Notes: generated by a model not told the origin, from the letters alone. A stretch of 64,000 nt of DNA from Minisyncoccota bacterium (GCA_041674285.1 JBAYVZ010000001.1:85732-149731), one strand, 5' to 3'; positions 17,555-27,658 are shown, counted from the first letter of the stretch. Translations and numbers: made by a program.

Positions 17555-18172
17555 ATGGGAGATTTTAATAGAGGTGGTTTCGGTGGTAATCGCGGCGGTG
17601 ACCGTGGTGGTTTCCAAAAGAAAAGTTTTGGTGGTGGTAATCGTGGTGGTGGATTTGGTGGTGGTCGCGGTGGCGACCGTGGTCCAGTATCTATGCACAA
17701 GGCAGTATGTGATGAATGTCAAAAGAACTGTGAAGTTCCTTTCCGTCCATCAGGCGACAAGCCAATATACTGTTCTGACTGTTTCGGAGGCAAGAAGGAG
17801 GGTGGTGATCGCGCCCCAAGAAAAGATTTCGGAAATCGTGACGCTCGTCCATCATTTGGTGACCGTGCTCCACGCGCTGAATTTTCAAAGCCAGCAGCTC
17901 CTGCAAACGACAATACAGCAAAGCAACTATCAGAGATCAGTGCAAAGCTTGACCGTCTAGTAAGTTCAATCGAAAAATTGACTGCTACTCCAAAAGTTGA
18001 ATCTAATTTTGTAAAAGTTGCCCCTGTGGTATCTGCTCCAAAAGTAGAAGCAAAGAAGGTAGAAGCTAAAAAGGCAGCTCCAACTGCCAAGGCACCTGCA
18101 AAGAAAGCCGCACCAGCAAAAGCAGCTCTCAAGGCCCCTGCAAAAAAGGTTGTCGCAAAGAAAAAGAAATAA
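17555..18172 (+). CDS. RGG/Gly-Arg-rich zinc-ribbon protein with Lys/Ala-rich histone-H1-like tail
   Basis: N-terminal GGFGGNRGGDRGG repeats, CDECQKNC...CSDCF zinc ribbon, C-terminal KAAPTAKAPAKKAAPAKAALKAPAKK tail; overlapping alternative-frame ORFs in the track are artefacts of the GC-rich repeats. Confidence 0.6.
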   Translation: MGDFNRGGFGGNRGGDRGGFQKKSFGGGNRGGGFGGGRGGDRGPVSMHKAVCDECQKNCEVPFRPSGDKPIYCSDCFGGKKEGGDRAPRKDFGNRDARPSFGDRAPRAEFSKPAAPANDNTAKQLSEISAKLDRLVSSIEKLTATPKVESNFVKVAPVVSAPKVEAKKVEAKKAAPTAKAPAKKAAPAKAALKAPAKKVVAKKKK

Positions 18173-18188
18173 TTTTTTCACCTAAAAA

Positions 18189-18211
18189 AGTCCCCATCTG
18201 GGGACTTTTTT
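18189..18211 (+). terminator. rho-independent terminator
   Basis: AGTCCCC-ATCT-GGGGACT followed by TTTTTT. Confidence 0.75.
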
Positions 18212-18251
18212 GTTTATTTTGAATTTTTAAAAAAATGATATAATATCACTC

Positions 18252-18379
18252 ATGAGTCCCGTTAGAAGTCATACATGTTATTTTTGACTACGGGGTTTAT
18301 TTTAAAAAAGTATACATATTCGATATTATTAGTTAAATTATGTACGATAATCTAAAGATTATCTACTTCTAACGGGATG
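18252..18379 (+). promoter_or_regulatory. structured leader element copy 1 (uORF MSPVRSHTCYF + 12-bp long-range stem CCCGTTAGAAGT/ACTTCTAACGGG ending at the ppi start codon)
   Basis: Extended -10 TGATATAAT ends 7 nt before uORF ATG 18252; 5' arm 18258-18269, 3' arm 18365-18376, main ATG 18377. Confidence 0.6.
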
Positions 18380-19045
18380 AGTAATAAAATAATTATAGGT
18401 ATAGTTATTGTATTAGTGGTTTTGGGTGTTGGTTTTTCTATGTTTAAAAAGAGTGCTTCGAATAATGATTTGAATTCTGGTTCAACATTTTCAAATACAC
18501 AAGTGACAGAGGAAAAGCAGGCCCCAGAAGAGGCTGATATAAAATTAGTAGATAATAAAGATAAAAAATTTATGAAAGCAGTAATGGAGACAAACAAGGG
18601 TACTATCGAGATCGAATTTAGTACGGCTACACCAAAGACCGTAGAGAATTTTATTAAATTAGCAAAAGAAGGTTTTTATGATGGAGTAAAGTTTCACCGC
18701 GTGATAAAGGGATTCATGGTTCAAGGTGGCGATCCGCTGACAAAGGATGACTCACAGGCAGCCATGTGGGGCACAGGAGGTCCAGGATACAAATTTGCTG
18801 ATGAGATCACATCTACAAACAAGAATGATGTAGGTACGATATCTATGGCAAACTCTGGTCCAAATACAAATGGTAGTCAATTCTTTATCAATGTAAATGC
18901 AAACAATTTCCTAGATACAAAGCACACAGTATTTGGAAAAGTTGTAAAAGGTATGGACGTAGTGACTGCTATCGAGAATACAAAGACAGGAGCAGGTGAT
19001 AGACCAGTGGAAGCAGTAGTGATAAAAGGTATCACACTAGAATAA
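18377..19045 (+). CDS. membrane-anchored cyclophilin-type peptidyl-prolyl cis-trans isomerase
   Basis: N-terminal TM IIIGIVIVLVVLGVGF; cyclophilin motifs HRVIKGFMVQGGDP, FFIN. Confidence 0.9.
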   Translation: MSNKIIIGIVIVLVVLGVGFSMFKKSASNNDLNSGSTFSNTQVTEEKQAPEEADIKLVDNKDKKFMKAVMETNKGTIEIEFSTATPKTVENFIKLAKEGFYDGVKFHRVIKGFMVQGGDPLTKDDSQAAMWGTGGPGYKFADEITSTNKNDVGTISMANSGPNTNGSQFFINVNANNFLDTKHTVFGKVVKGMDVVTAIENTKTGAGDRPVEAVVIKGITLE

Positions 19046-19057
19046 AATAGTTAATAT

Positions 19058-19093
19058 AAAATCTCCCCTAAGCCTTGCCTAGGGGAGATTTTA
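19058..19093. terminator. bidirectional terminator hairpin ATCTCCCCTA/TAGGGGAGAT
   Basis: 10-bp stem with 9-nt loop flanked by AAA/TTT between convergent genes. Confidence 0.7.
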
Positions 19094-19098
19094 TATTG

Positions 19099-19260
19099 TT
19101 ATCTTTTGTGTTCGCGCCAATTATAATTGTCGTCTTCCTCTTCTTTGTCTTTCTTGTCGAGTATCATAGGTGTACCGCAAGCCTGGCATTCATCACCTAG
19201 GACTCTTCGCCCGCATCTCATACAAGTCGGATCATTCTTTGCTTCTTCTTCGTCTTCCAT
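19099..19260 (-). CDS. small acidic zinc-ribbon protein (53 aa), not in ORF track
   Basis: Minus-strand translation MEDEEEAKNDPTCMRCGRRVLGDECQACGTPMILDKKDKEEEDDNYNWREHKR* with CxxC...CxxC. Confidence 0.35.
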   Translation of the reverse strand: MEDEEEAKNDPTCMRCGRRVLGDECQACGTPMILDKKDKEEEDDNYNWREHKR

Positions 19261-19316
19261 ATTTTTTATTTAAATTTTGTCGCGTATTTATTTTTACGTG
19301 ACACCTTAACTTTTAA

Positions 19317-19955
19317 TTATTCTTTCCACTTTGGAATAAAGAATCCAAATGTGTGGTATAAGATTTTTGTTGATCTGCTGGAAATATTAAAGAATACTCC
19401 GATTGTAAATATTGCTAGTGCTACGGTAGTATTCAATGGTGCTACTGCCATGGCCACGAGTGCAGATACGATAGGGAACATGATACGGGCCCGGGCATGT
19501 CGGTGCTCCTTTTTTGTAACGTGACTATTCTCTATATTATGTGAATTCTTTGCGTATGTCCTCATCCATAGTGTAGTTAAGGCCAATAGTACGATGTGTA
19601 TAGCGAATATGTCGATGACCAGTACAGAGTGGCTGTATAGGCCTAGTAGGTGAGATGTGAATGGTAGTAGGGCAACGATAAATAGGAATACGGCATTTAT
19701 ATTTATGAACCTCGTGTCTACATTCTGCGCAAATACAGATGTGATAAAGTGATGACTCCGCCAGTAAGAGAATAGTACTGTGAATGCTAGTAGGTATGAT
19801 AGTAGGGGATTTGTCAGTGTCAGTAGTGATCGAGCGATCTCTGGATCTGTAGACAATACATTTAAATCTGCTGGTAATTTAATCTCTAGGACTAATAAAG
19901 TCATGACGATAGCAAATATACCGTCGGCTAATTGCTCTAATCTTTGTTGTTTCAT
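19317..19955 (-). CDS. TMEM175/DUF1211 family membrane protein (putative K+ channel)
   Basis: RLEQLADGIFAIVMTLLVLEI matches the DUF1211 signature (RLEAFSDGVFAI..TLLVLE); multiple TM helices; start chosen at MKQQR with TATAAT 6 nt upstream on the minus strand. Confidence 0.7.
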   Translation of the reverse strand: MKQQRLEQLADGIFAIVMTLLVLEIKLPADLNVLSTDPEIARSLLTLTNPLLSYLLAFTVLFSYWRSHHFITSVFAQNVDTRFININAVFLFIVALLPFTSHLLGLYSHSVLVIDIFAIHIVLLALTTLWMRTYAKNSHNIENSHVTKKEHRHARARIMFPIVSALVAMAVAPLNTTVALAIFTIGVFFNISSRSTKILYHTFGFFIPKWKE

Positions 19956-20050
19956 TTTTTTATTATAACATATCTCGTATATTGGTATATTTGACAAATT
20001 CTATTTTTTATATATAATATTTAAAACTTTGTAATCAACAATATCTAACT

Positions 20051-21118
20051 ATGGGAGCAACTAATCCGCATGAGCAGCAAAAGATTTTGAGACATGAAGA
20101 AGAATTAAAGAAAAAAACTATTTCCAACCAACTAAAACAGGCTGGCAATTTTTTTACCAATCATTTTTCTGTATTATCCCCCAAATTTAGTTTGGCTGGG
20201 CAGTACGAAGAAAAACTGGATCTTTGTTTTCCAAATCATGTTCCACCAAATCTAACTCTTCTAATCAAAAGTGAAATCTTGCAACAAGGTAAATTTATCA
20301 TCAATCATTATGAAGAGAAAAATACCTTTCGCATTACGATTCCAGAAGATCATCTTTCTACATTTAAAGGTAAAAAATTTAATTTCAATCAGCCTAAATT
20401 CAAGCTAGACACAACTGTCACAATTGAAAAAGCTGAAGAAGTAAAAACTGAATTACCTTTAAATGAAGAGTTAAACAATCCTACGTCTCAAGCCGAGGCA
20501 ACAATTTCAAATCAAAACACAAATCAAAACACAAATCAAACAACAAACAACACAAACCAAGACAACGACATGGCAAAAAATGATTTAATTGAAGCTCGCA
20601 AGGGCATCCTAGTTTTATTTAAGGAAAAAGGAATTACCACAAAGAACTATTGGAAGATTGAGCCTGCATCAGATGGAATTTCATTAGTGATTAATTGTAA
20701 GTCAACTGAAGATGCCGAAAACATCAATAAGTTGCTTGTTGAAGCTAATTACTCTTCAAAGCGTAAAAAAGGCAAGATGACTGTATGGAGTGATGTTTAT
20801 GCTGGTAAGGTACCACCGAAGAAAAGAACATCAAAGAAAACTGCTGCCAAAAAAGTTACCAAGAAAGTTGCAGTAAAAAAAGCTAAAAAAACCGCAGGAA
20901 AAGTATCAGTTAAAAAATCTGGATACACGAGCGACAATGTTTCAGCTCAATTGAGGATGATTGCAGACCAGCTTGAAAAACAAAAATTCAGTAATCCTGA
21001 AGCCTTGTTTACAAGATTGGTGGGTGACGGCGAGCTTATTGTACGTACAAAAAACAAAAAGGGGAGTGAAGTGCTGACAAATATTAGCAAAGAAGCATTC
21101 CTCGCCTGTTTTAAATAG
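20051..21118 (+). CDS. hypothetical protein with N/Q/T-rich repeat and Lys-rich histone-H1-like segment
   Basis: NQNTNQNTNQTTNNTNQDND repeat (DNA microsatellite 20506-20560) and KKRTSKKTAAKKVTKKVAVKKAKKTAGKVSVKK. Confidence 0.5.
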   Translation: MGATNPHEQQKILRHEEELKKKTISNQLKQAGNFFTNHFSVLSPKFSLAGQYEEKLDLCFPNHVPPNLTLLIKSEILQQGKFIINHYEEKNTFRITIPEDHLSTFKGKKFNFNQPKFKLDTTVTIEKAEEVKTELPLNEELNNPTSQAEATISNQNTNQNTNQTTNNTNQDNDMAKNDLIEARKGILVLFKEKGITTKNYWKIEPASDGISLVINCKSTEDAENINKLLVEANYSSKRKKGKMTVWSDVYAGKVPPKKRTSKKTAAKKVTKKVAVKKAKKTAGKVSVKKSGYTSDNVSAQLRMIADQLEKQKFSNPEALFTRLVGDGELIVRTKNKKGSEVLTNISKEAFLACFK

Positions 21119-21140
21119 GCAAAAGAAAAAACAAAGAGAG

Positions 21141-21169
21141 CAGGCCGTACAAAATACGGCCTGTTTTTT
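21141..21169 (+). terminator. rho-independent terminator
   Basis: CAGGCCGTA-CAAAA-TACGGCCTG + TTTTTT. Confidence 0.8.
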
Positions 21170-21218
21170 ATTTGACAAAAGTTGTATTTATAGGTATTGT
21201 AAAGAAAAAATATAAAAC

Positions 21219-21977
21219 ATGAAAAATAAAAAAGTACTGATTACAGGAGCGACCTCTGGTTTGGGGAAGCTTTTAGCAAGAGAGCTCGCGACTAAAGAGT
21301 ATTCTTTGATTATTACAGGCAGAGATTCTAATGAATTAAAGTCTTTAGTGGAAGAATTAAATGAATATACTCAAGTTGTGGCATATCCTGCCGATTTATT
21401 ACAGGCTCACCATTTATATATGCTTGCCTCTATTTATTGTGAAGATGTTTCTGTTGTTATTAATTGCGCTGCGGATTTTGGCCCAGTAAAGAATTTATTG
21501 GATGTATCAGCCAAAGAGATTATGGATGCCTTTAAGGTGAATGTTATGGCTCCAATTTCATTAGTTCAACACGCACTGCCATATATGCTGAAGAGTGGAT
21601 ATGGCCGGATTATTAACATCGGATCAACTGGTGGTTTGACTGGGTATCCATTACGTACGCCTTATTGTTTAAGTAAAAGTGCTCTGGTGGCTTTTACAAA
21701 AACATTGAATGGGGAAATTCTTTCCGGTGAATACGGAGACAAGGATGTAAATGTAAAAGCTTTTTGTATTTGTCCTGGTCCTTTTGAGGGTAAAAGATTG
21801 GAAACTCAGATCCGTGAGAGAGCCAAGTACAAAAAAGTCTCACCAAAAAAAATTCGTGAAAAATACGAATCAATCCAAGGGGGGATTATTGACCCTAATA
21901 AAATCGTGAGTATGGTTATTGCTACAATTGATCCTAGTGTCACCTGGCACGACCACCACGATGTAATCACATTTTAA
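21219..21977 (+). CDS. short-chain dehydrogenase/reductase (SDR) family oxidoreductase
   Basis: Cofactor-binding TGATSGLGK; catalytic S...YxxxK (YCLSK). Confidence 0.85.
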   Translation: MKNKKVLITGATSGLGKLLARELATKEYSLIITGRDSNELKSLVEELNEYTQVVAYPADLLQAHHLYMLASIYCEDVSVVINCAADFGPVKNLLDVSAKEIMDAFKVNVMAPISLVQHALPYMLKSGYGRIINIGSTGGLTGYPLRTPYCLSKSALVAFTKTLNGEILSGEYGDKDVNVKAFCICPGPFEGKRLETQIRERAKYKKVSPKKIREKYESIQGGIIDPNKIVSMVIATIDPSVTWHDHHDVITF

Positions 21978-21987
21978 AAAAAAGACA

Positions 21988-22027
21988 ACTCACAGAAATG
22001 ACAAAAAGCTCATTCTGTGAGTTTTTT
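21988..22027 (+). terminator. rho-independent terminator
   Basis: ACTCACAGAA...TTCTGTGAGT 10-bp stem followed by TTTTTGTTTT. Confidence 0.75.
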
Positions 22028-22162
22028 GTTTTACATTTGACATTTTTATTAAAAAATGCTATTCTATAGAAGTTGAAATACTCCTTTGTGCGTTAGTGTT
22101 TCAATCCCAATTTGCAACATAGTTTTGCAAACATTAGTATTGAAGCACTGAAAATTATATAT

Positions 22163-23608
22163 ATGGCTTATAAACCAAATTCTGGAAGAACTCGGAGTTC
22201 TTCCTCTGATAGCGTAGGTGGCGATAGTCGCCCATCGCTCCGATCAAGTGGTAGTCGTGGTGGATCTTCTCATGGAGGCCCGTCTCGATCATCACATAGT
22301 AATAGTAGTAGTCCTGCACGTGCAGCCCGTCCTTCACATGGAGGTCCAGCTCGCTCATCAGCACCTTATTCAGGTGGTGGTGGATCCCGTGGTGGCCGTG
22401 GCAATTTTTCTGGAAACAGAAAGGGCCGTGGTGGCTCAGGTGGTGGAGGCGGATCACGTGGTGGTTCATCTCGTGCCGGTGGCCGTGGCAAGGGTAATTT
22501 CGAGAGGATAGATTTCTCACGATTTATCAACAAAGCTACAATCACAGAAAAAGAGGAGATTTACTTACCGACTCATACATTCTCTGATTTTAAAGTAGAT
22601 GAATCTTTAAAGAGAGCTATCGCAAATAAAAATTACATATATCCGAGTCCTATTCAGGACAAGGCTATTCCTCATGCTCTAGAGGGTCGCGATATCGTAG
22701 GTATTGCGAATACTGGTACAGGTAAAACTGCAGCATTCCTAATCCCACTTATCAACAAGATATTGAATAACAAAAATGAAAAGGTGATAATCCTTGCTCC
22801 TACACGAGAGCTCGCAATTCAGATTGAAAAAGAATTGTTTGAATTCGTAAAGGGTATGAGTATCTTCTCTGTAGTATGCGTAGGAGGCGCACCGATATAT
22901 CCGCAAATCAAGACATTACGAAGACGTTGCGACTTTATCATCGGTACACCCGGACGTATCATGGACCTAGTAGATCGAAAAGAAATAAACCTCTCGACTG
23001 TGAACAATATAGTTCTCGATGAGGCTGATCGTATGCTAGACATGGGATTCGTAGATGATATGACAAAGATATTGCGTGCTATGCCCGAGCAGAAGCAAGC
23101 CTTCCTCTTCTCAGCGACTCTTCCAAAAGAAGTAGAAAAGCTAGTAGAGAGATTCACAAAGGATCCAGTGCGTGTGATGGTAAAGACTCGCGATACATCA
23201 AAGAACGTAGAGCAAGATATCGTCCGCATATCACGTGGTACAGAAAAGATGGATGTCCTAGAAGATCTCCTTTCTACAGCAGAATTCGACAAAGTTATAA
23301 TCTTTGCAGAGATGAAGCACACAGTAGAAAAGATTTCAGTGGAGTTGATAAAGCGCGGTTTCCGTGCAGGATCAATCCACGGCGACAAACGTCACAACGA
23401 GAGACAGAGAACACTGACACAATTTAAAGATGGAACTCTTAGTATTCTCGTAGCGACAGACGTCGCAGCTCGAGGACTAGATATCCCAAATGTATCTCAC
23501 GTGATCAACTATGAAGTACCTCAGACTTATGATACCTATGTTCACCGTATCGGCCGTACAGGCCGTGCCAGTGCAAAGGGTACAGCTCTGACATTCGTAG
23601 CAGGTTAA
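22163..23608 (+). CDS. DEAD-box ATP-dependent RNA helicase with N-terminal Ser/Arg/Gly (RGG)-rich extension
   Basis: Q-motif, GTGKTAAF, DEAD, SAT, HRIGRTGR; ~120-aa N-terminal RS/RGG low-complexity region; start set at ATG 22163 (TATATAT immediately upstream). Confidence 0.9.
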   Translation: MAYKPNSGRTRSSSSDSVGGDSRPSLRSSGSRGGSSHGGPSRSSHSNSSSPARAARPSHGGPARSSAPYSGGGGSRGGRGNFSGNRKGRGGSGGGGGSRGGSSRAGGRGKGNFERIDFSRFINKATITEKEEIYLPTHTFSDFKVDESLKRAIANKNYIYPSPIQDKAIPHALEGRDIVGIANTGTGKTAAFLIPLINKILNNKNEKVIILAPTRELAIQIEKELFEFVKGMSIFSVVCVGGAPIYPQIKTLRRRCDFIIGTPGRIMDLVDRKEINLSTVNNIVLDEADRMLDMGFVDDMTKILRAMPEQKQAFLFSATLPKEVEKLVERFTKDPVRVMVKTRDTSKNVEQDIVRISRGTEKMDVLEDLLSTAEFDKVIIFAEMKHTVEKISVELIKRGFRAGSIHGDKRHNERQRTLTQFKDGTLSILVATDVAARGLDIPNVSHVINYEVPQTYDTYVHRIGRTGRASAKGTALTFVAG

Positions 23609-23651
23609 AATTAAATAACCCTAGCAAGACCCGTTCTTGCTTAAAAACAAA

Positions 23652-23694
23652 AAAACTTACAAGCTTACGCTATCGCGCAAAGTTGTAAGTTTTT
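23652..23694. repeat. palindromic intergenic hairpin repeat, copy 1 (AAACTTACAAGCTTACGCTATCGCGCAAAGTTGTAAGTTT)
   Basis: Near-identical to copies at 27587, 28198, 40300; flanked by A-run/T-run (bidirectional-terminator-like). Confidence 0.85.
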
Positions 23695-23737
23695 TTGTTT
23701 GCACTCATTAATTTTTTATTTTATAATTTATTCATAA

Positions 23738-26700
23738 TGAAAAACATATTGCATTTCGCAATAGTGTTTGTATTCATAACTATTTTTAATATAGGAATAT
23801 TTCCTAGTTTTGCTTTTGCAGATACTGTCGTAGTAGGAGATATAAATGAAGATACTGTGTGGAGTTACGGAGACGGACCTTATATCCTGCAAGGTAATGT
23901 GTATGTGGATAGTGGAGTAAATTTAATTATCGAGAGCGGTACGATTGTAAAATTTGAGTTAGGATCTAGCCTCATTATCCAAGGCAATGTAGATATGCGT
24001 GGGTCTGAGGGTGATGAGATTTATTTTACTTCTATTTTAGATGATAGTATCGGTGGAGATACAAATTTTGATGAGGACGCCACCTCTCCTAGTCTTGGTG
24101 ATTGGAGGTTTATATTATTTGATTCTGGGTCCGTTTCTGGCATTTTAAATAATGTAATTTCACGGTACTCAGAGCAGGGCCTCGTTGTTTTTGATGCTTA
24201 TCTGAGTGTAGATGGTTTTACGTCAGATCAGGATATATATTTTTTAAATTCCAACGGAAGTCATTTATCCAGGATAAATATACCCAGTATGTCATTTTTT
24301 GATCATAGTAGCGCCTCCATCTCCGACAGTACCATCTCTGGTCCAGACAATACACCTATCTTGGTCCTTTATGAGGGGAATACTGTAAATATATTAAATA
24401 CTACGATATCTTGTATTTCTTTTTGCGGGAATGTAGTTAGTGTTTATAATTCATCAGTTTTGAATATAGAATCATCTGGTATATCTAGCGATTCCGGTGG
24501 TGTTTATGTTTTTGATTCTACTTTAAATGTCACAGATTCAGTTATTGATAATAGGAATAATGGGATATCTATATATGATTCATCTTTGTCTATATCAGAT
24601 TCTACTATCAAGAATTCTCAAAATTTTGGTATCGGTGTATATAATTTTTCTTTACAAAATATAGAGATTACAAATAATGAGATAAAAAATAATGGCATAG
24701 GGATAGCTTCATATGGAGAAGCGTTTTCAGTTCATGAAAATAGTATCCATGGGAATATTGTTGGTGTATCCAATGAAGCTATTTATATGGGGGACCTAAT
24801 TATGGACTCAAATTGGTGGGGGAGCAAAACGGGCCCATATCATGACACTCTGAATATCTACGGATTGGGTGATAGTGCCACTGACGGAGTATCCTACTAT
24901 CCTTGGCTACCTTATGACCCACTCAGTAGCGAGATGTCCAACGTGCTATTTATTCCTGGTTTTCAAGGTAGCAGATTGTATAAACAAAAAACATTGCCAA
25001 TCATTGGTAATGTGGAAGATAAACTCTGGGAGCCGAATACCAATAGTGATATCACAGATATGATGATGGATAATTTTGGCATTAGCCTAGATGAAAATAT
25101 CTATACTAGAGATATTGTAGATAAAAAGAGTGCTCTATTTTTTACTAGCGATATCATCTATGAATCTTTTATGAATGATATGGAAGCTCTAGTTAGTTCA
25201 AATACTATGGCGGATTGGGCGGCGACTCCTTATGACTGGAGGTATGACCCTATGTATGTAGTAGAACATGGTAGCGTGGATATAAATGGAAATATTTTTT
25301 ATGAAAATGAATTATTTGGATCCGAAGATTCATATATAGTAAAACAGGTAGAGAGCCTGATTGGTACATCAAAAAGTGGGAGGATCACACTAGTAGCTCA
25401 TTCAAATGGAGGCCTGGTTTTAAAAGCTCTAATGGTAAAGCTGGAGCAAATGAAAGCTGATGGTCTGAATGATTATGTGGATTATATAGATAAAGTTATC
25501 ATGGTCGCTACGCCACAGGTCGGTACACCCAAAGCTGTAGCTTCTATCCTGCATGGCTATGACCAGGAATTGTATTCCGGTGTGATTATGAAGCAATCGG
25601 TAGCTCGCAATTTTGCGATTAGGTTACCTGGGGCTTATGGATTGCTCCCGACTTCAAAATATTTTTATAACGTAGTGGATTCGCCAGTTGTCTTTGATCA
25701 GAGTTTAAATAAGATAAATAATTTTTATAAGATTTTTGGAGAAAAAATATCTAATTATGAAGATTTTGTAGATTTCTTATTAGCAAAAAAGAAAGACCGT
25801 ACGACTCCAGCTGTCTCCATGCTCGAAACACCAGCGATATTATTCCCAGGGATTTTTAATGATTCGGTAGATATTCACGAACAGCTTGATAATTATACTT
25901 TCCCAAGTAAAACAAAAGTCTACCAGCTCGCAGGTTGGGGCTTGCCGACATTGAAGGCTGTGCGATATTTCTCTCGAGCTGACTGCATACCTATCTCTAT
26001 TTTTAGCAAAAAATGCAAGATAGAAAATAATCTAGACGTAGAGCCTGTATTTACTGATGATGGGGACGAGACCGTAGTAACGCCTAGTGCTAATTATATT
26101 TCAGGCAATAATTATTATTTAAATTTATATAAATATAATAAAGATATGGGTTATGAGAATGAAGAAGTTTTTGATCACGCTCGTATACTTGACATTCTTT
26201 ATACAAGATCATGGATTATAAATATTTTAAGAAATAATTCTGTATTACCAGATTATGTGACTAAGACAAAACCTCCAAGTAATCAAAATTTAGTTATGTA
26301 TATACATACAACACCAGGTATGGACAAGAACGTATCGATTACAGACAAGGATGGCAACAATATGGGTATCAGGCTAGGTGTACCGTCAGACCCAGAAACT
26401 ACAGATTTTATACCGTATATCCAAGAGATTCCCGGAGGGTTTTATTCTATGATGGGGAGGAATCATTATGTATATCTGAGCTATTCAGGATCCGATAGTT
26501 ATAGGGTGAATATCACCCCAGCCGAGAATTCGGGTGGGGATACGAGCTCTGGTAGTGTCACTATCCGCCAAGATGTAGTCATTGGTGATACGATAGAGAG
26601 CTCCGTGACTGTGCCTAGCATCCCTGTATCTCCTGATACTATTATTTCCACGGACATAGGTCCAGATGGGTCTATAGACGATGTGGAGGTGGACAATGAA

Positions 26701-27144
26701 GGTGATGGCAATGTGGACTATATAGTGCCATCTATCCCCACAGAGGATCCACAGTCCCCAGTACAAGATGATGACAATATGAACTCCGAGATTATTCCAG
26801 ATCTAGAGATTTCAAAATCTTATGGATCTAATGCTGTTGTCCCCGATGAGAGAGGTGTCGTCGTGATAAGGGAAGGTATTGAAGTTAGATTAAATAAGAC
26901 AGATACTCAGATAGAAGGCGATCCAGTTTTGATACCTAATACTAAAATAGAAATTATAGATTCCGATATAGGTAATAAAGAGGTTGCGTCTGTGTTTGAT
27001 GAATACATCTATTCTGGGTCCAATCTGTCTGCATCTGTCCTGGAGTCTGAGATAGAAATCCCTTGGTTAAAAATTTTAAATACAATTCTGATTGCTATTA
27101 TTATATCTCTTGTATTGTATAAATTTATGTATAAGGTAAAATAA
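23738..27144 (+). CDS. large cell-surface protein: signal peptide, right-handed beta-helix repeats, alpha/beta-hydrolase (lipase/esterase-like GxSxG) domain, C-terminal TM anchor
   Basis: Signal peptide MKNILHFAIVFVFITIFNIGIFPSFAFA; NosD/pectate-lyase-like repeats (NNGISIYDSSLSISDSTIKNSQNFGIGVYNF); LVAHSNGG nucleophile elbow; C-terminal TM ILNTILIAIIISLVLY; start set at ATG 23738. Confidence 0.75.
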
Positions 27145-27148
27145 AAAT

Positions 27149-27589
27149 ATGAATTGGCAAAAAATTACAATTTGGACTTTAATTCTATCTGTTATTATTT
27201 ATCTGCTTTTTTATTACATTGCTAGTCATACAGATAAATTTTGTTATGAAGATCACTGGGACTGTTATTTAAAATTAAGATTTGCGATATCTTTTTCCTT
27301 TATAAATCTTTTCGAGTATATAATTCCAATCTTACTAATTGTTGCGTCTTTGCCAAGTCGCTATCAAAGAAAAATGTATATAAGTTTTATTTTTGTTTCT
27401 GTATTGGTTTTTATTTTTGTGTTTATTTTGTTGCCATATGAGTGTACTGGTTATATGTGCTTTGATAAGGCTAGTGGAGCCAAGTTTGCCCGAAATCTAT
27501 ACCCCCTAGTCCTAATCCCAATACTTGTGATCAATTTCTTCCGCTTCCGCAAACAAGACAAAAAAGCTTCAATTATTTTAAGCAAATAA
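27149..27589 (+). CDS. hypothetical polytopic membrane protein
   Basis: Four predicted hydrophobic helices; no motif. Confidence 0.45.
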   Translation: MNWQKITIWTLILSVIIYLLFYYIASHTDKFCYEDHWDCYLKLRFAISFSFINLFEYIIPILLIVASLPSRYQRKMYISFIFVSVLVFIFVFILLPYECTGYMCFDKASGAKFARNLYPLVLIPILVINFFRFRKQDKKASIILSK

Positions 27590-27628
27590 AACTTACAAAC
27601 TTACGCTATCGCGCAAAGTTGTAAGTTT
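27587..27628. repeat. palindromic intergenic hairpin repeat, copy 2
   Basis: AAAACTTACAAACTTACGCTATCGCGCAAAGTTGTAAGTTT; identical to copy 4; overlaps the stop of the upstream ORF. Confidence 0.85.
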
Positions 27629-27658
27629 CAGTGGTGTATTATTAATAATAATTAACCT

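Noticed and set aside
17488-18181. Multiple long overlapping ORFs on both strands (17488..17700-, 17531..17722-, 17574..17960+, 17691..17921-, 17719..18132-, 17966..18181-)
   Set aside because: They are artefacts of the GC-rich, repetitive Gly/Arg- and Lys/Ala-coding sequence of the 17555..18172 gene. Their translations are pure low-complexity strings (PPRPPP..., TTTTKSTTT..., AAFAGAAFF...) with no start context. Only the + strand RGG/zinc-ribbon frame has protein-like features.
20506-20560. Short tandem DNA repeat (CAAAACACAAAT-like) in ORF 20051..21118
   Set aside because: It is an in-frame coding microsatellite producing an N/Q/T-rich low-complexity protein segment. It is not a stand-alone regulatory or CRISPR-like repeat and is mentioned only as a possible slippage-prone site.
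22155-22520. ORFs 22155..22520(-) and 22218..22511(+) overlapping the helicase N-terminus
   Set aside because: They are alternative-frame readings of the RGG/SR repeat region of the DEAD-box helicase. Their His/Val-rich nonsense translations are not protein-like.
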